A stretch of 64,000 nucleotides of DNA from Thermoproteota archaeon (GCA_026986575.1 JALSOH010000004.1:448001-512000), one strand, 5' to 3'. Counted from the first letter of the stretch, positions 18,920 through 29,498 are shown. Made by a program: numbers and translations. Notes: a model not told the origin generated them from the letters alone.

Positions 18920-19918
18920 TTAATATAAATGGCAAGCTACGAAATGATGCGGCTCGATCTCCATTAGTTCAGGTACTTTTTTATCACAAAGTTCGAATGC
19001 CTTCACACATCTTGGATGGAAACGGCATCCCGGGGGTATATTTATTGGGGATGGTACTTCGCCTTTTATTGGAATGTCTCCTATTTTGTGCCTTGGATCG
19101 GGCACCGGAACTGCACTTATCAAAGCTTGTGTGTAGGGGTGCAATGGGTTATCTATAATCTCCGTCGCGGGGCCCATCTCCACTATTTTACCTAGGTACA
19201 TTATAGCCAACCTATCGGCCACGTACTTGGCTGTGGCGAGGTCGTGTGTTATGAATAGATAGGAGAGACCCCTTTTATCCCTGAGATCCAGCATGAGATT
19301 TAGTATGGAAGCCCTTATAGACATGTCCAGCATGCTTACAGGCTCGTCAGCCACTATGAACTCGGGCTCCAGTACGAGTGCGCGGGCTATTGCAACCCTC
19401 TGCCTCTGCCCACCGCTTAACTCGTGGGGGAACCTGAATATGAAGTCTTCCGGAGGAGTTAGCCCAACTTCCTCCAAATACTTAGAGACGATCTCTCTTT
19501 TCTCGGCCTTGGTCTCTACTAGCCCATGAACTTCCAAAGGCTCGCCTACTATATCCTCCACAGTTTTTCTAGGATTTAGAGATTCATAGGGATCTTGAAA
19601 GATTATCTGAGCTTTTCTCCTGAGGAATTCCTTCATCTCTTTCTTGTCTAGCCTAGTCACATCTCTCCCTAAGAATTCAACCCTGCCTTCTGTGGGCTCT
19701 ATCAATCTGAGTATAGCTCTCCCAGTAGTCGTCTTCCCGCAACCTGATTCTCCCGCTAACGCGAAAATCTCTCCCCTCTTTATTTCGAAGTTTACTCCAT
19801 CCACAGCTTTAACGTATCTCCTCGGTCTTCTAAATGTGATATCAGATAAACTCCTTCTCAGGGGAAACCACTTTTTCAGATTCTCGACTTTAATAATTAC
19901 TTCATCACTCTGAGGCAT
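18920..19918 (-). CDS. Peptide ABC transporter ATP-binding subunit (OppF/DppF)
   Basis: GESGCGKT, LSGGQRQR, ADEP, C-terminal GCRFHPRC..VACH. Confidence 0.95.
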   Translation of the reverse strand: MPQSDEVIIKVENLKKWFPLRRSLSDITFRRPRRYVKAVDGVNFEIKRGEIFALAGESGCGKTTTGRAILRLIEPTEGRVEFLGRDVTRLDKKEMKEFLRRKAQIIFQDPYESLNPRKTVEDIVGEPLEVHGLVETKAEKREIVSKYLEEVGLTPPEDFIFRFPHELSGGQRQRVAIARALVLEPEFIVADEPVSMLDMSIRASILNLMLDLRDKRGLSYLFITHDLATAKYVADRLAIMYLGKIVEMGPATEIIDNPLHPYTQALISAVPVPDPRHKIGDIPIKGEVPSPINIPPGCRFHPRCVKAFELCDKKVPELMEIEPHHFVACHLY

Positions 19919-20906
19919 CCCAAGGTACCTCCCTTAATTCTTCAGCAAAATGGCATCTCACATAGTGCTCGTCTTCTATCTCCATGAGTTCTGGCTCCTC
20001 CTCAAAACACTTCTCTTTAGCGAAGGGGCATCTCGGAGCAAATCTACAGCCTCTCGGGGGATTAAGTAGGTTGGGAGGTGCGCCAGGTATGGACTTAAGT
20101 CTCCTAGGTTTTCCTTTTACGCTAGGAACTCCTGATAATAAGCCCTTAGTATAGGGATGTAGTGGATTTAAAAAAACATCTAATGCGCTTCCGAACTCTT
20201 GGAACCTGCCAGCATACATTACCGCGACCTTGTCACTCATTTCAGCGATTACTGAGACGTCATGAGAGATCAATATAAGAGATATACCAAATTTCCTCTG
20301 GAGGTCCTTTATGAGCTTCAATATTTGAGCTTGAACTATCACATCTAGAGCGGTAGTTGGTTCATCAGCAAGTAGTACGTCTGGGTTTAGTGCTAACGCC
20401 ATAGCAATCATGGCTCTCTGCCTCATTCCACCACTGAACTCAAATGGATAGTTGTTCAGCCTAGACCTGTCGATCCCAACTAGTTCTAGGAGATCTCCTG
20501 CCCTTTTCCAAGCCTCTTCCTTAGATACATCCTCGTGAAGCATTATAGCCTCTACTATCTGATCTCCTACCTTTATAATCGGATGCAGGGCATTCATTGC
20601 GCCTTGGAATACCATAGATATTCTTTTCCACCTAATTTCCTTCCTTAATCTGTCCTCAGGAAGCTTGTATATATTAATTCCATCCAGTACAACTTTGCCC
20701 TTCAATATCTTTGCGTTCTTGGGCAGGAGACGCATGAGTGTTATCGCTAGACTCGATTTACCACATCCAGACTCACCGACTATTCCCAAGCTCTCCCCTT
20801 TCTCCAAGGAGAAAGAGATACCATCAACTGCTCTGACAAATCCCCTAAAGGGAATCTCGTAATACATAGTTAAATCCTCAACCTCAAGCGCTGGCATGAG
20901 AACCAC
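19905..20906 (-). CDS. Peptide ABC transporter ATP-binding subunit (OppD/DppD)
   Basis: GESGCGKS, FSGGMRQR, ADEPTTALD, GCRFAPRC. Start may be ATG 20897. Confidence 0.95.
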   Translation of the reverse strand: MVLMPALEVEDLTMYYEIPFRGFVRAVDGISFSLEKGESLGIVGESGCGKSSLAITLMRLLPKNAKILKGKVVLDGINIYKLPEDRLRKEIRWKRISMVFQGAMNALHPIIKVGDQIVEAIMLHEDVSKEEAWKRAGDLLELVGIDRSRLNNYPFEFSGGMRQRAMIAMALALNPDVLLADEPTTALDVIVQAQILKLIKDLQRKFGISLILISHDVSVIAEMSDKVAVMYAGRFQEFGSALDVFLNPLHPYTKGLLSGVPSVKGKPRRLKSIPGAPPNLLNPPRGCRFAPRCPFAKEKCFEEEPELMEIEDEHYVRCHFAEELREVPWDASE

Positions 20907-21336
20907 CTCTACCAGATAGAAATATGATACCCACGGAGCGAAGAGCTATGCTCGCACCTACTACGGTGATAAGGAAAGCTGGAATTGAGAGTATTAAGTA
21001 AGGCTGCTTGGTAAAGCCTTCTTCTACCTTAATTAGGTAGTCTGTGCCGTTAACTTTCAGACGATAATTTCCCTTAGGTAATTTAAGGAATAAACTTCTA
21101 CTAATACCTGAGGTCATATTCTCATTAGTTAATGCGTAAGTCACGTAGCCCTTTCTCGACATTATCAAGAGACTACCCTCCCCCCTAAGAGTGAAATCAA
21201 TCACCTTTTCCCTGTGATACTCCCCCGCTATTATCTTCTTGGCCGTTGAAGTCGGTATCATAGATAGGAAAGCTAGGATCATTCCCGATAATATGAGGCC
21301 GAGCCCTGTAAAGAAAATCTTCCTCCCTTCATGCAC
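20884..21336 (-). CDS. Small two-TM membrane protein within the ABC operon
   Basis: Hydrophobic N- and C-terminal helices around a beta-rich loop; coupled to neighbours. Confidence 0.7.
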   Translation of the reverse strand: MHEGRKIFFTGLGLILSGMILAFLSMIPTSTAKKIIAGEYHREKVIDFTLRGEGSLLIMSRKGYVTYALTNENMTSGISRSLFLKLPKGNYRLKVNGTDYLIKVEEGFTKQPYLILSIPAFLITVVGASIALRSVGIIFLSGRGGSHASA

Positions 21337-21338
21337 CC

Positions 21339-22742
21339 TTATCTCCTCCTAAGCCTCGGATTCACTATCTCGTCTACTGCATATCCTATAAACACGAAAG
21401 CCATCGAGACAACGGCTATAGCTAGCCCTGGCGGGATAAACCACCACCACATACCCGAACCCAAAGCCCCTCCAGTCTGAGCCTGATTGAGTATCGCGCC
21501 CCATGTGGGAAGAGATGGATCTCCTAATCCTAAGAAGCTAAGAGCTGCTTCAGTTAATATGGCGTCCGGTATACCAAGTGCAAGGGCCGCAACTGTATAA
21601 GGCACTATGTTGGGTATTATGTGGACCAATATTATCCTCTTCCTGCTCGCCCCTATAGCCCTAGCTGCCTCCACGAAAGCCGATTCTTTAAGCTGGAGGG
21701 CTATACTCCGTGAAACCCTTGCTATACCCATCCATCCAAATATCGTAAGGAAGAGTATTATCAGCCATATAGTGGGCCTGTAAGCTATGGCAAGCACTAT
21801 CAGTATGGGTAGCTTCGGTAGAGACATTAGAATGTCCACAACTCTCATCATTGCTTCATCGGACCATCCGCCTATGTACCCTGAAGTAACTCCATATAGC
21901 AAACCGATCGCCACTCCAAGCACTGATGTCAGGACGCCTATCAGGAGAGCTATAGGCGTTCCCCAAACAAGCCCTTTAAAGAGATCTCGGCCGCTCTTAT
22001 CGGTGCCTAATAATCCGTATGCGGTGGCCCCTAATATCACCCTGAACTGCGTCACGTTAATGTTTTTACCTTGAGCAATCGCTCTCACTGTAAAGACGTA
22101 CTTACCTTTGAGGGGAACCACCTTGTTCTTCTTTAAGAGTTTCAAATCAGCGAAGGCTATTTGTATAGGAGCAGCTACCTGTATCTTATTGATATCCAAT
22201 CCCACACTGCTCAACCATTCACCAATCCTCCTCTCTACATCTGGATGCCTAGTCGCATCAATTTCTATTACAGTCCATCCCTGACTGGCATTAGAAGTAG
22301 TTGCTGTCCCAGTATAAAGCGTTATCTTCTTCCTATCTGGTCTCATAATGTAAATCTCATAGAAGGCACCCGCTCCCACAAAAGTGAGGTTGATCTTCCA
22401 CTTGACCATCGTAGGAAACTCCGTGTAACTATAGTTTATCGGTAGGAAGACTTGGATCATCGGATATCCTGATATCTTAGTGAGTTTAGTTTTGTAATTC
22501 TCTAAATATAGCTGTGGAATGGGTACTTTGCCTTGCAAGTAATAAGCCCAAGTAGGTGGAACTCCCTTAGGATTGTTGGTCCAGTAATTTACATCACTCC
22601 ATCTAGTTGGGTCCATGGGAGCTATTACAGGGGCCAATACCGATATAGAGACTATCACAACCAGTATGCCGAGTCCGAGTATTCCTATCTTTCTGTGTTT
22701 AAATTCATTCCAAAAATCCCTAATCCTTGCAGCAAATTTCAT
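21339..22742 (-). CDS. Peptide ABC permease (OppC/DppC) with large extracellular insertion
   Basis: LGTDKSGRD, EAARAIGAS, EAALSFLGLGDP, WWWFIPPG. Confidence 0.93.
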   Translation of the reverse strand: MKFAARIRDFWNEFKHRKIGILGLGILVVIVSISVLAPVIAPMDPTRWSDVNYWTNNPKGVPPTWAYYLQGKVPIPQLYLENYKTKLTKISGYPMIQVFLPINYSYTEFPTMVKWKINLTFVGAGAFYEIYIMRPDRKKITLYTGTATTSNASQGWTVIEIDATRHPDVERRIGEWLSSVGLDINKIQVAAPIQIAFADLKLLKKNKVVPLKGKYVFTVRAIAQGKNINVTQFRVILGATAYGLLGTDKSGRDLFKGLVWGTPIALLIGVLTSVLGVAIGLLYGVTSGYIGGWSDEAMMRVVDILMSLPKLPILIVLAIAYRPTIWLIILFLTIFGWMGIARVSRSIALQLKESAFVEAARAIGASRKRIILVHIIPNIVPYTVAALALGIPDAILTEAALSFLGLGDPSLPTWGAILNQAQTGGALGSGMWWWFIPPGLAIAVVSMAFVFIGYAVDEIVNPRLRRR

Positions 22743-23818
22743 AAAGTAGCACCTCCTGCACCGAGTCTTATCCTTGGATCCACTATACCGTATAACAGAT
22801 CTGCAGTGAGATTAGCAAGCACTATCAGGATCGTAGTGAAGTACACATCTCCCATGATGACCGGTATATCTAGGGACAGTATAGCGTCCCAGTACAGTAA
22901 ACCCATTCCAGGCCAGCTGAAGACGATCTCTGTCAGTAATCCTCCAGTGAATATGCTGGCTATTGCCAATGTAACCTGCGTTAGAATGGGCGGGGCTGCC
23001 ATCTTAAGTGCATGATAGTAGATAACTTTTCTCTCAGGTACTCCCTTGGCCCGGCTTGTTGTTATGTAATCCTCCGTTAGAATGCCTATCATCAGGTTTC
23101 TAGTGACGTATGCCCAACCTCCTAGGGCCACTATTAGTATGGTCAAGACCGGTAAGAACATATGCCAAGCAAGATCCAAGGCATAACGTAGAGGCTCCTG
23201 CGGTGGTGGGACAGAAACCATTCCACCCGCCGGAAATATGGGTATCAGGTAAGCGAACAAGTAAAGAAGGACCATTCCTACCCACCAAGTTGCGAATGCA
23301 TATCCTAACAAACCTGAGAGGACTACCACCCTATCGAAGAGAGATCCCGGAGTGGCAGCAGCTTTCGCTCCTAGCAGTAACTGTAGGACAAGCAGGATGA
23401 TTGTGGAAGTACCGAACAATAAGACAGTACGCGGTATTCTTTCCAACAGTATATTAACGACCTTAGAGGATCCGCTATCACTTTTTATCACCCAGCTCGT
23501 CCCGAGATCAAAGGTCAATGTCCTCCAGAGATCACCCCATATCCTGATATACCACGGCTTATCCAACCCAAGGGCTTTGATTCTTTCCTCGATTGCTTTC
23601 TGCATGGCTCTCTTTGCTTCCTCTGGGGTTTTGTACTTTCCAAATGCCCCCCCTTTTAGTATTTGCTGCCTTACCTCCATCTCTATTTGAGCCTTGAGCT
23701 GCTGATCAACAAGAGGGCCGAACATTATCAGAGTGAGCAAAACGACTGCAATGATCACTATTACGGAGTTAACTGCTCTCAATGCTAAGTATCTTCCCAA
23801 GCCTGATGCCAACGACAC
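22739..23818 (-). CDS. Peptide ABC permease (OppB/DppB)
   Basis: LGLDKP, DYITTSRAKG, EIVFSWPGMG, DLLYGIVDPRIR. Confidence 0.93.
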   Translation of the reverse strand: MSLASGLGRYLALRAVNSVIVIIAVVLLTLIMFGPLVDQQLKAQIEMEVRQQILKGGAFGKYKTPEEAKRAMQKAIEERIKALGLDKPWYIRIWGDLWRTLTFDLGTSWVIKSDSGSSKVVNILLERIPRTVLLFGTSTIILLVLQLLLGAKAAATPGSLFDRVVVLSGLLGYAFATWWVGMVLLYLFAYLIPIFPAGGMVSVPPPQEPLRYALDLAWHMFLPVLTILIVALGGWAYVTRNLMIGILTEDYITTSRAKGVPERKVIYYHALKMAAPPILTQVTLAIASIFTGGLLTEIVFSWPGMGLLYWDAILSLDIPVIMGDVYFTTILIVLANLTADLLYGIVDPRIRLGAGGATL

Positions 23819-23961
23819 ACCCTCCCATCTAGCTCACGAGCAAAGGGTTATGCGCTACCTAGATACAGCTCTTTGCTTCAATAAAAATAGTAATCACTGA
23901 TCAGTAAATCTCTTGGCTCTACAGGAAAAATGCCTTCAAAAAGGGAAATTATGGACAAATC

Positions 23962-23974
23962 AAAAAAAGAAAAA
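23962..23974 (-). terminator. Oligo-T archaeal terminator after the substrate-binding protein gene
   Basis: Minus strand TTTTTCTTTTTTT 12 nt after the stop at 23987. Confidence 0.6.
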
Positions 23975-23986
23975 GGGAGATCTAAT

Positions 23987-26941
23987 CTAACCACTGTACT
24001 TTACGGCGATCTCATCCAGCTGAATCTTGCCGTCTCCATTCTGGTCTGCCCACTGGATTATCGCCCAAGTCGAACCGGTGAGCTGTGCCACGTTCTTGGC
24101 TAGGAAGAGGGCCGCAGCCTCGGTTCCATATCTTGTGCCTCCTTCTATCAGCACTACTTTCCTACCCGATATCTCGCCGATTGCTATCACTGCAATGTCT
24201 GCCTTACCGAAATCAGAGCGCTTTATTGAAAGACTCTTCCCGTTGACGCTTATGGTTATAGTCGGATATGTCTTTATCTCTATTCCGAGAGGCTTGTTAT
24301 AAGTAGCCGCTAAGATGTTCACCTTGGGACCACCTATTACGAAGAGGTCTCCATCAGGCTGATCAGAGAGTGACTTCACGAGAACAGCGTCGTTAAGGCC
24401 AAATGCGTCCCTAAGTATATTAGCAGCAGCCCTATCGTTCTCACTACCTATGACTGGAGTCCCGCTTATAGTCTCAGCGGCAGACAGGTCTAGAGAGCTC
24501 TGACCCGTTATGAAGAAGCTTGCCTTGGCATAAGCCCATGCGCTGGAGTACCTGCTGGCAGCCCTCACCTGTATCTCTGCAGGCCCGCTTATCCAAGCAG
24601 CCATCATACCAGGGGTCAAGTTAACTACGAAGATCCCAGGAGTTTCAGATGGTTTCGCCACTCCCTTAGCAAGCACTCTACCGGAAGTCAGCAGACCCCT
24701 TGATACTATCTTGTAGTGAACTTCTGCCTCGTTAGACGGTTCTCCACCAACCAAGACCCTTATCTTTATCACAGATCCCTGGGCCTTGTCTATTATCGGT
24801 TCCACCATTATACCAGCTATCTCAGCCATCTTAGCGTACTTGAAGTCAGCCCACTTCTCAGGACTGAACGGGTAGTCCCTGTTAGCTACTAGGTGTATGA
24901 ACCTGTTAGTAGGATCGAACTTATCGAGTATGTAGGGCCCATTCGAGATCACGGCATGTCCATGCTTGTCGATGAACTGTATGGCCTTATCGTAGTCGCT
25001 GAGAATTGAATCCGCCGATATCTTGTATCCTGGTATCTTGAGAATCTCCTCGGGTACATAACCTTTCTGCTTGAGCTCCTGAAGCTTAGCTTTTATGTCC
25101 ATTGCTATATTCTTACTGAGAGGATCTAGCTGGTCGACTCCCTTATAGGAAGACACAGCCTCGGAGAAAGCGTACTTACCCTCGGCCACAAGCTGCTCTA
25201 ATGCTATCGAGAGGTGCATCGGAAAGTCTGGCCAGTAGAGCGCGGTAGCAGCTATCTCCTTATCATCGAAGTGCCAATAATCCAAGTAAACCTCTATTGC
25301 GGTGGAGTTTATCACTTTTATCCCCTTTATCAGGCGTATTGAGTCCCCTAGGTAGGAAGCTATCGTGGAGTCGTAGTACGGGTCTGGATGGCCTGGCGTG
25401 CTATCATCAGAGGTCCATTCCCACAGCCAGTAGTACAAATACAGGACATCCGCCAAGGTGACATCAGCACCGTCGTGCCACTTGCCAAGCACGTAATTAG
25501 CAATAACCTTTGCCTTTGCCTTCACACCACTGCCCACCTCCTTCCACTGGTTGGCTTTAGAGTCCCACACGAAGGCATCGTTAGGGACATCTATCTCCTT
25601 AGGACCTGTGGCTGGATCGTAGTTATAGGATACGGTGAATGTGGCTCTCCACGGGTAGATCTCGCCGGTAAACGGGTGACGCGTTACCGCTCCTGGATCG
25701 GTTATAGCATTCCAGACTGCATCCGAGTAGAACCCAGTTGGGCCTAGGTATCTAGTGTAGGCGCTCATGGCCGTCCTAGGCATGTACTTGGCTCCCACGT
25801 AGAGCACATCGGATCCGGGCTTGTAAGCTGACATGTAATTGAATCTAGTTATCATCCCTGAACCAGGACCACAGACTATATCCTTCACATCCTTTCTAGC
25901 TGCGTAAGACTCGGCAGTGGTGGCGACGAATACCCTTATGGACTCTTCCAGCCCTATAAGGGTGAGCTTCCTCATTGCCTCATCTCTGTCATACTTGGAG
26001 ATGAATTTGCCTAGAGCAAGTTTGTCTCCCAGCTTATCGGCCGTGGCGTTCTGGTAATTCCACCATGCTGGATTACCCAGTCCAGGGAAGTATCCCCACT
26101 TTGGTGAGTAGAAGAATGCTATGTCTCCCTCATTATACTTCGAGAATGTACCGAATCCCCAACCTTCTGTGTAAACATGCCATTTGCCGTCCATAGGATC
26201 AGTTAGATACACGGTGGGTATGGCGAAGTCGAAATTAGCATATACCCTGTCGACCTCGATACCGAAGTCCTCTAAGGTGTTAGCAAAGAAGTCTCCCAAT
26301 AACTTTCTTTCATCTTCTACCCTTATTATGACCTTGACCTTGATGGGCTCGCCGTTGTAGTACCACTTACCCCCTTTCTTCACTGCACCAGCATCTAACA
26401 AGGCCTTAGCCATAAGAGCCCTTCCCTTGGTTTCATCGTACCTTATGCCCAGCTGATCCACTATATCACCAATTACACCGTAATCGTACTGCACTGGTAC
26501 TATCGGAGCGACCATAGGTATTCCTTGGCCTTTCAGCTGCTCGTTAACATAGGCCTCTCTGTCAACCAAGTATTGTAGGCCGAACCTGAACTCTCTCAGG
26601 GCGAAGGGATTGAAGTGCCCTCCAGCATTGGGTGCGGGGTTGAAATATAGGTCGTGTATTCCTGATAGTGGGTTGAAGTATATCTTGATATTAGGATCTT
26701 TCTTCAGATCCTCTACTAACTCGTATGGGATTCTCCAGTAGTGCCAATCTATCTCTCCTTTCCTCACGGCGAGCATAGCGGCTTGGTCATCTATGTACTC
26801 CTTGAAGTAGATCTCATTGGTGACTGGACCCTTGCCAGGCGCAGCTAATACGTTAGCGAAAGGAACCACTAGAAGCACAAGCAGTAGGAGAGCTGCCGTT
26901 CTCACTAGGACTTTTCTCCGTAACATCATGAGTTCATACAA
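23987..26941 (-). CDS. Peptide ABC substrate-binding protein (family 5) with C-terminal S-layer-like domain
   Basis: Signal peptide; NPFALREFRFGLQYLVDR, KWHDG, ISNGPY; C-terminal LFVIGGPKVN..IEGGTRYGTEAAA and WADQNGDGKIQLDEI. Confidence 0.9.
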   Translation of the reverse strand: MYELMMLRRKVLVRTAALLLLVLLVVPFANVLAAPGKGPVTNEIYFKEYIDDQAAMLAVRKGEIDWHYWRIPYELVEDLKKDPNIKIYFNPLSGIHDLYFNPAPNAGGHFNPFALREFRFGLQYLVDREAYVNEQLKGQGIPMVAPIVPVQYDYGVIGDIVDQLGIRYDETKGRALMAKALLDAGAVKKGGKWYYNGEPIKVKVIIRVEDERKLLGDFFANTLEDFGIEVDRVYANFDFAIPTVYLTDPMDGKWHVYTEGWGFGTFSKYNEGDIAFFYSPKWGYFPGLGNPAWWNYQNATADKLGDKLALGKFISKYDRDEAMRKLTLIGLEESIRVFVATTAESYAARKDVKDIVCGPGSGMITRFNYMSAYKPGSDVLYVGAKYMPRTAMSAYTRYLGPTGFYSDAVWNAITDPGAVTRHPFTGEIYPWRATFTVSYNYDPATGPKEIDVPNDAFVWDSKANQWKEVGSGVKAKAKVIANYVLGKWHDGADVTLADVLYLYYWLWEWTSDDSTPGHPDPYYDSTIASYLGDSIRLIKGIKVINSTAIEVYLDYWHFDDKEIAATALYWPDFPMHLSIALEQLVAEGKYAFSEAVSSYKGVDQLDPLSKNIAMDIKAKLQELKQKGYVPEEILKIPGYKISADSILSDYDKAIQFIDKHGHAVISNGPYILDKFDPTNRFIHLVANRDYPFSPEKWADFKYAKMAEIAGIMVEPIIDKAQGSVIKIRVLVGGEPSNEAEVHYKIVSRGLLTSGRVLAKGVAKPSETPGIFVVNLTPGMMAAWISGPAEIQVRAASRYSSAWAYAKASFFITGQSSLDLSAAETISGTPVIGSENDRAAANILRDAFGLNDAVLVKSLSDQPDGDLFVIGGPKVNILAATYNKPLGIEIKTYPTITISVNGKSLSIKRSDFGKADIAVIAIGEISGRKVVLIEGGTRYGTEAAALFLAKNVAQLTGSTWAIIQWADQNGDGKIQLDEIAVKYSG

Positions 26942-27152
26942 AGGGGATCACCCTAGTTAGATCCAGTCTATCAGACTAATTTAAAAATTCACCGAGTGAG
27001 ACCGTTCCTCAAAAACCCACTTCTTCCTTATACATAGATAGCCCGCTTACTAAAGTGAGGTGAGAATATCTGCTCTTAAAATAGAGGATTGTAAAGCCAT
27101 AGGGAGATTTATTTCCGCAGGAAAAAACACCGTATTCACAGCTATACTCATA

Positions 27153-27183
27153 GAGAAATTAATGAGAAATTAATGAGAAATTA
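27153..27183. repeat. Short tandem repeat (GAGAAATTAAT)x~2.8
   Basis: GAGAAATTAAT GAGAAATTAAT GAGAAATTA read directly. Confidence 0.8.
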
Positions 27184-27257
27184 GAAGAAAATAAATGAAA
27201 TCTTTCCCATAGAAGACAAAGAACACTAGATTTACCGAGCATATCGGGATCACCTCT

Positions 27258-28055
27258 TCATTTTTCTCGCTTCCGAGAGCGTTTCTTCTTGGAACGGACC
27301 CTAAAGTACAAAATAACCCCGCTAACTGCAATAAAAGATATAGAGATAACAGCAATAACGGTATAACTATTTATCTCGGTTTTACCAACGACTGGGGCAT
27401 TGGTTTGCGTTCCGCTATCTTTCAAAGCCTCTATTATCTCTTTCAAAGAACTTTCATTTTTCTCTGAAAATCTCTTTTCTAGTTTAATAATATTGGTATC
27501 TATAAGAGTATACATATATCTACTGAGCTGTATGGCCTTTCCACCAAAAGCAGCCTCTCTAGCCATGGCTATCTCTCCTAGAACAAGGCCACTATTTGTC
27601 TCTACCCATTTGACCACGTTATATTCACCCATCTGATTTCTCAATGTGTACTTCCATCTATACGCAGAGAATGTACCCACCTGTAGCCTAAGAGCTTCAG
27701 ATGAAAGGAACTTAGAGAGATTCCTCAACTGGGACGGTGTAGCATAGAATGAAAAAACGCTGGGGAGCTCTCTGCATGCATTGTAGGAGAATTCTACTGT
27801 AAAGTTGCTCGTGCCTGTAGATCTATATCTACCCTTTACCATTCCTTTCTCATCGATACGATCTATTGAAATACTTATGACGTTCCGTTCAATAAGTACG
27901 TCTCCCCTAGTTACCGTAAACAAGTACCTGGCGTAAACTCCAGATTTTAACCATGCAGGGGCGTCGCAATCAGTTCCATACGCAGAAATCTCTACATAAG
28001 CTAGAATCGAAAATGCAACCAGAGCTATTAAGATGGTGAATCTCACCTTCTTCAT
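27258..28055 (-). CDS. Hypothetical surface protein with signal peptide and C-terminal TM anchor plus basic tail
   Basis: N-terminal signal; PAWLKSGVYARY start of beta-rich domain; C-terminal TM then RVRSKKKRSRKREK; AT-rich. Confidence 0.75.
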   Translation of the reverse strand: MKKVRFTILIALVAFSILAYVEISAYGTDCDAPAWLKSGVYARYLFTVTRGDVLIERNVISISIDRIDEKGMVKGRYRSTGTSNFTVEFSYNACRELPSVFSFYATPSQLRNLSKFLSSEALRLQVGTFSAYRWKYTLRNQMGEYNVVKWVETNSGLVLGEIAMAREAAFGGKAIQLSRYMYTLIDTNIIKLEKRFSEKNESSLKEIIEALKDSGTQTNAPVVGKTEINSYTVIAVISISFIAVSGVILYFRVRSKKKRSRKREK

Positions 28056-28154
28056 CAGAATGTCAGATCACCTCCAGCAATTTAAGCACGAGGAGCTCTG
28101 CTAACTGCGTGAATTACACCAAACATTTTAACATATTAAGTCGACCCTCGTGAG

Positions 28155-29498
28155 GTGAGTGCGATGGATGTCCCAAGGATAGTTGTACCTCCTCCAGGCC
28201 CAAACGCTAGGAAAATATTAGAGAGGGACTCTAAGGTCATCTCTCCATCCTATGTTCGGTTTTATCCTCTCGTAGTAGACAAGGGTCAGGGCTCGCTACT
28301 CTTCGATGTTGATGGGAACATCTATATAGACCTGAACTCCGGGCTTGGAGTGATGAACATAGGCCATTCTCATCCTGAAGTGGTGGAAGCGATTAAAAGA
28401 CAGGCCGAAAAACTCCTTCACTACTCGAACACGGACTTTTATTACGAGGAATCGGTAATCTTTGCTGAGAAGCTTATCTCGATATCACCGGGGAACTACA
28501 ACAAGAAAATCTTTTTCTCCAACAGTGGAACTGAGTCTGTCGAAGCGGCCATAAAGCTAGCTAGATGGCGTACGAGAAGGCAATATATTATAGGTTTCAT
28601 AGGAGCCTTCCATGGAAGGACTTATGGATCCCTAAGCATCACCTCCAGCAAGCCAGTTCAACGCGCTGGCTTCTCTCCTTTGGTGCCGGGCATAGTGCAC
28701 GTACCCTACCCATATCCCTACAGGTGCCCCTTCGGAGCGCCGCCTGATGACCCAGAGGAATGCGCCAATCGTGCTATCGCCTTTATAGAGGACTGGGTCT
28801 TCGGGAAGTTCGTCCCGCCTGAGGAAGTCGCAGCATTCATATTCGAACCAATTCAGGGGGAGGGAGGTTATATTGTCCCTCCAGACAACTTCATTCCCCA
28901 ACTCAGAAAGCTCGCTGACGAGTATGGTATACTGCTGATAGACGACGAGGTTCAGGCCGGCATGGGCAGGACTGGGAAGTGGTGGGCCATCCAGCACTTC
29001 GGAGTCGATCCCGATATCCTTACCAGCGCCAAGGCTTTGGGTGGTGGACTTCCAATAGGGGCCACGATAGCGAGGGAGGATGTGATGATATGGCCGGGTG
29101 GATCTCACGCCTCCACATTCGGAGGTAATCCTGTATCCTGCGCTTCTGGCTTGGCCACGATAAACGTGATAGAGAGAGAGATGCTGGTGGAGAGGGCCGC
29201 AGTACTGGGTAAGAAGGTGATGAAGCTGCTTAACGAGTGGAGGGAGAAGTACGAGATAGTGGGTGATGTAAGGGGCAAGGGCCTCATGATAGGAATAGAG
29301 ATCGTGAAGGATAAGGCCAGCAGGAAGAAGGCCCCAGATCTGGCTCACGAGATAATGATGAGGGCTTGGAAGTCGGGTGTAGCGATAATAACTGCGGGAG
29401 TGAACGCTCTCAGGGTATTCCCACCACTGAACATAGAGGAAGAGTATCTGTTCAGGGCCCTAGAGATAGTGGAGGACAAGATAAAGGAGGTCTCATAA
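28155..29498 (+). CDS. Class III PLP aminotransferase (4-aminobutyrate/acetylornithine type)
   Basis: NSGTESVE, FHGRT, EPIQGEGG, DDEVQAGMGRTG, SAKALGGG, STFGGNP. Confidence 0.93.
   Translation: MSAMDVPRIVVPPPGPNARKILERDSKVISPSYVRFYPLVVDKGQGSLLFDVDGNIYIDLNSGLGVMNIGHSHPEVVEAIKRQAEKLLHYSNTDFYYEESVIFAEKLISISPGNYNKKIFFSNSGTESVEAAIKLARWRTRRQYIIGFIGAFHGRTYGSLSITSSKPVQRAGFSPLVPGIVHVPYPYPYRCPFGAPPDDPEECANRAIAFIEDWVFGKFVPPEEVAAFIFEPIQGEGGYIVPPDNFIPQLRKLADEYGILLIDDEVQAGMGRTGKWWAIQHFGVDPDILTSAKALGGGLPIGATIAREDVMIWPGGSHASTFGGNPVSCASGLATINVIEREMLVERAAVLGKKVMKLLNEWREKYEIVGDVRGKGLMIGIEIVKDKASRKKAPDLAHEIMMRAWKSGVAIITAGVNALRVFPPLNIEEEYLFRALEIVEDKIKEVS

Noticed and set aside
27153-27200. CRISPR array
   Set aside because: The repeats are 11-bp tandem units without spacers; no repeat-spacer array or cas gene was seen in the window.
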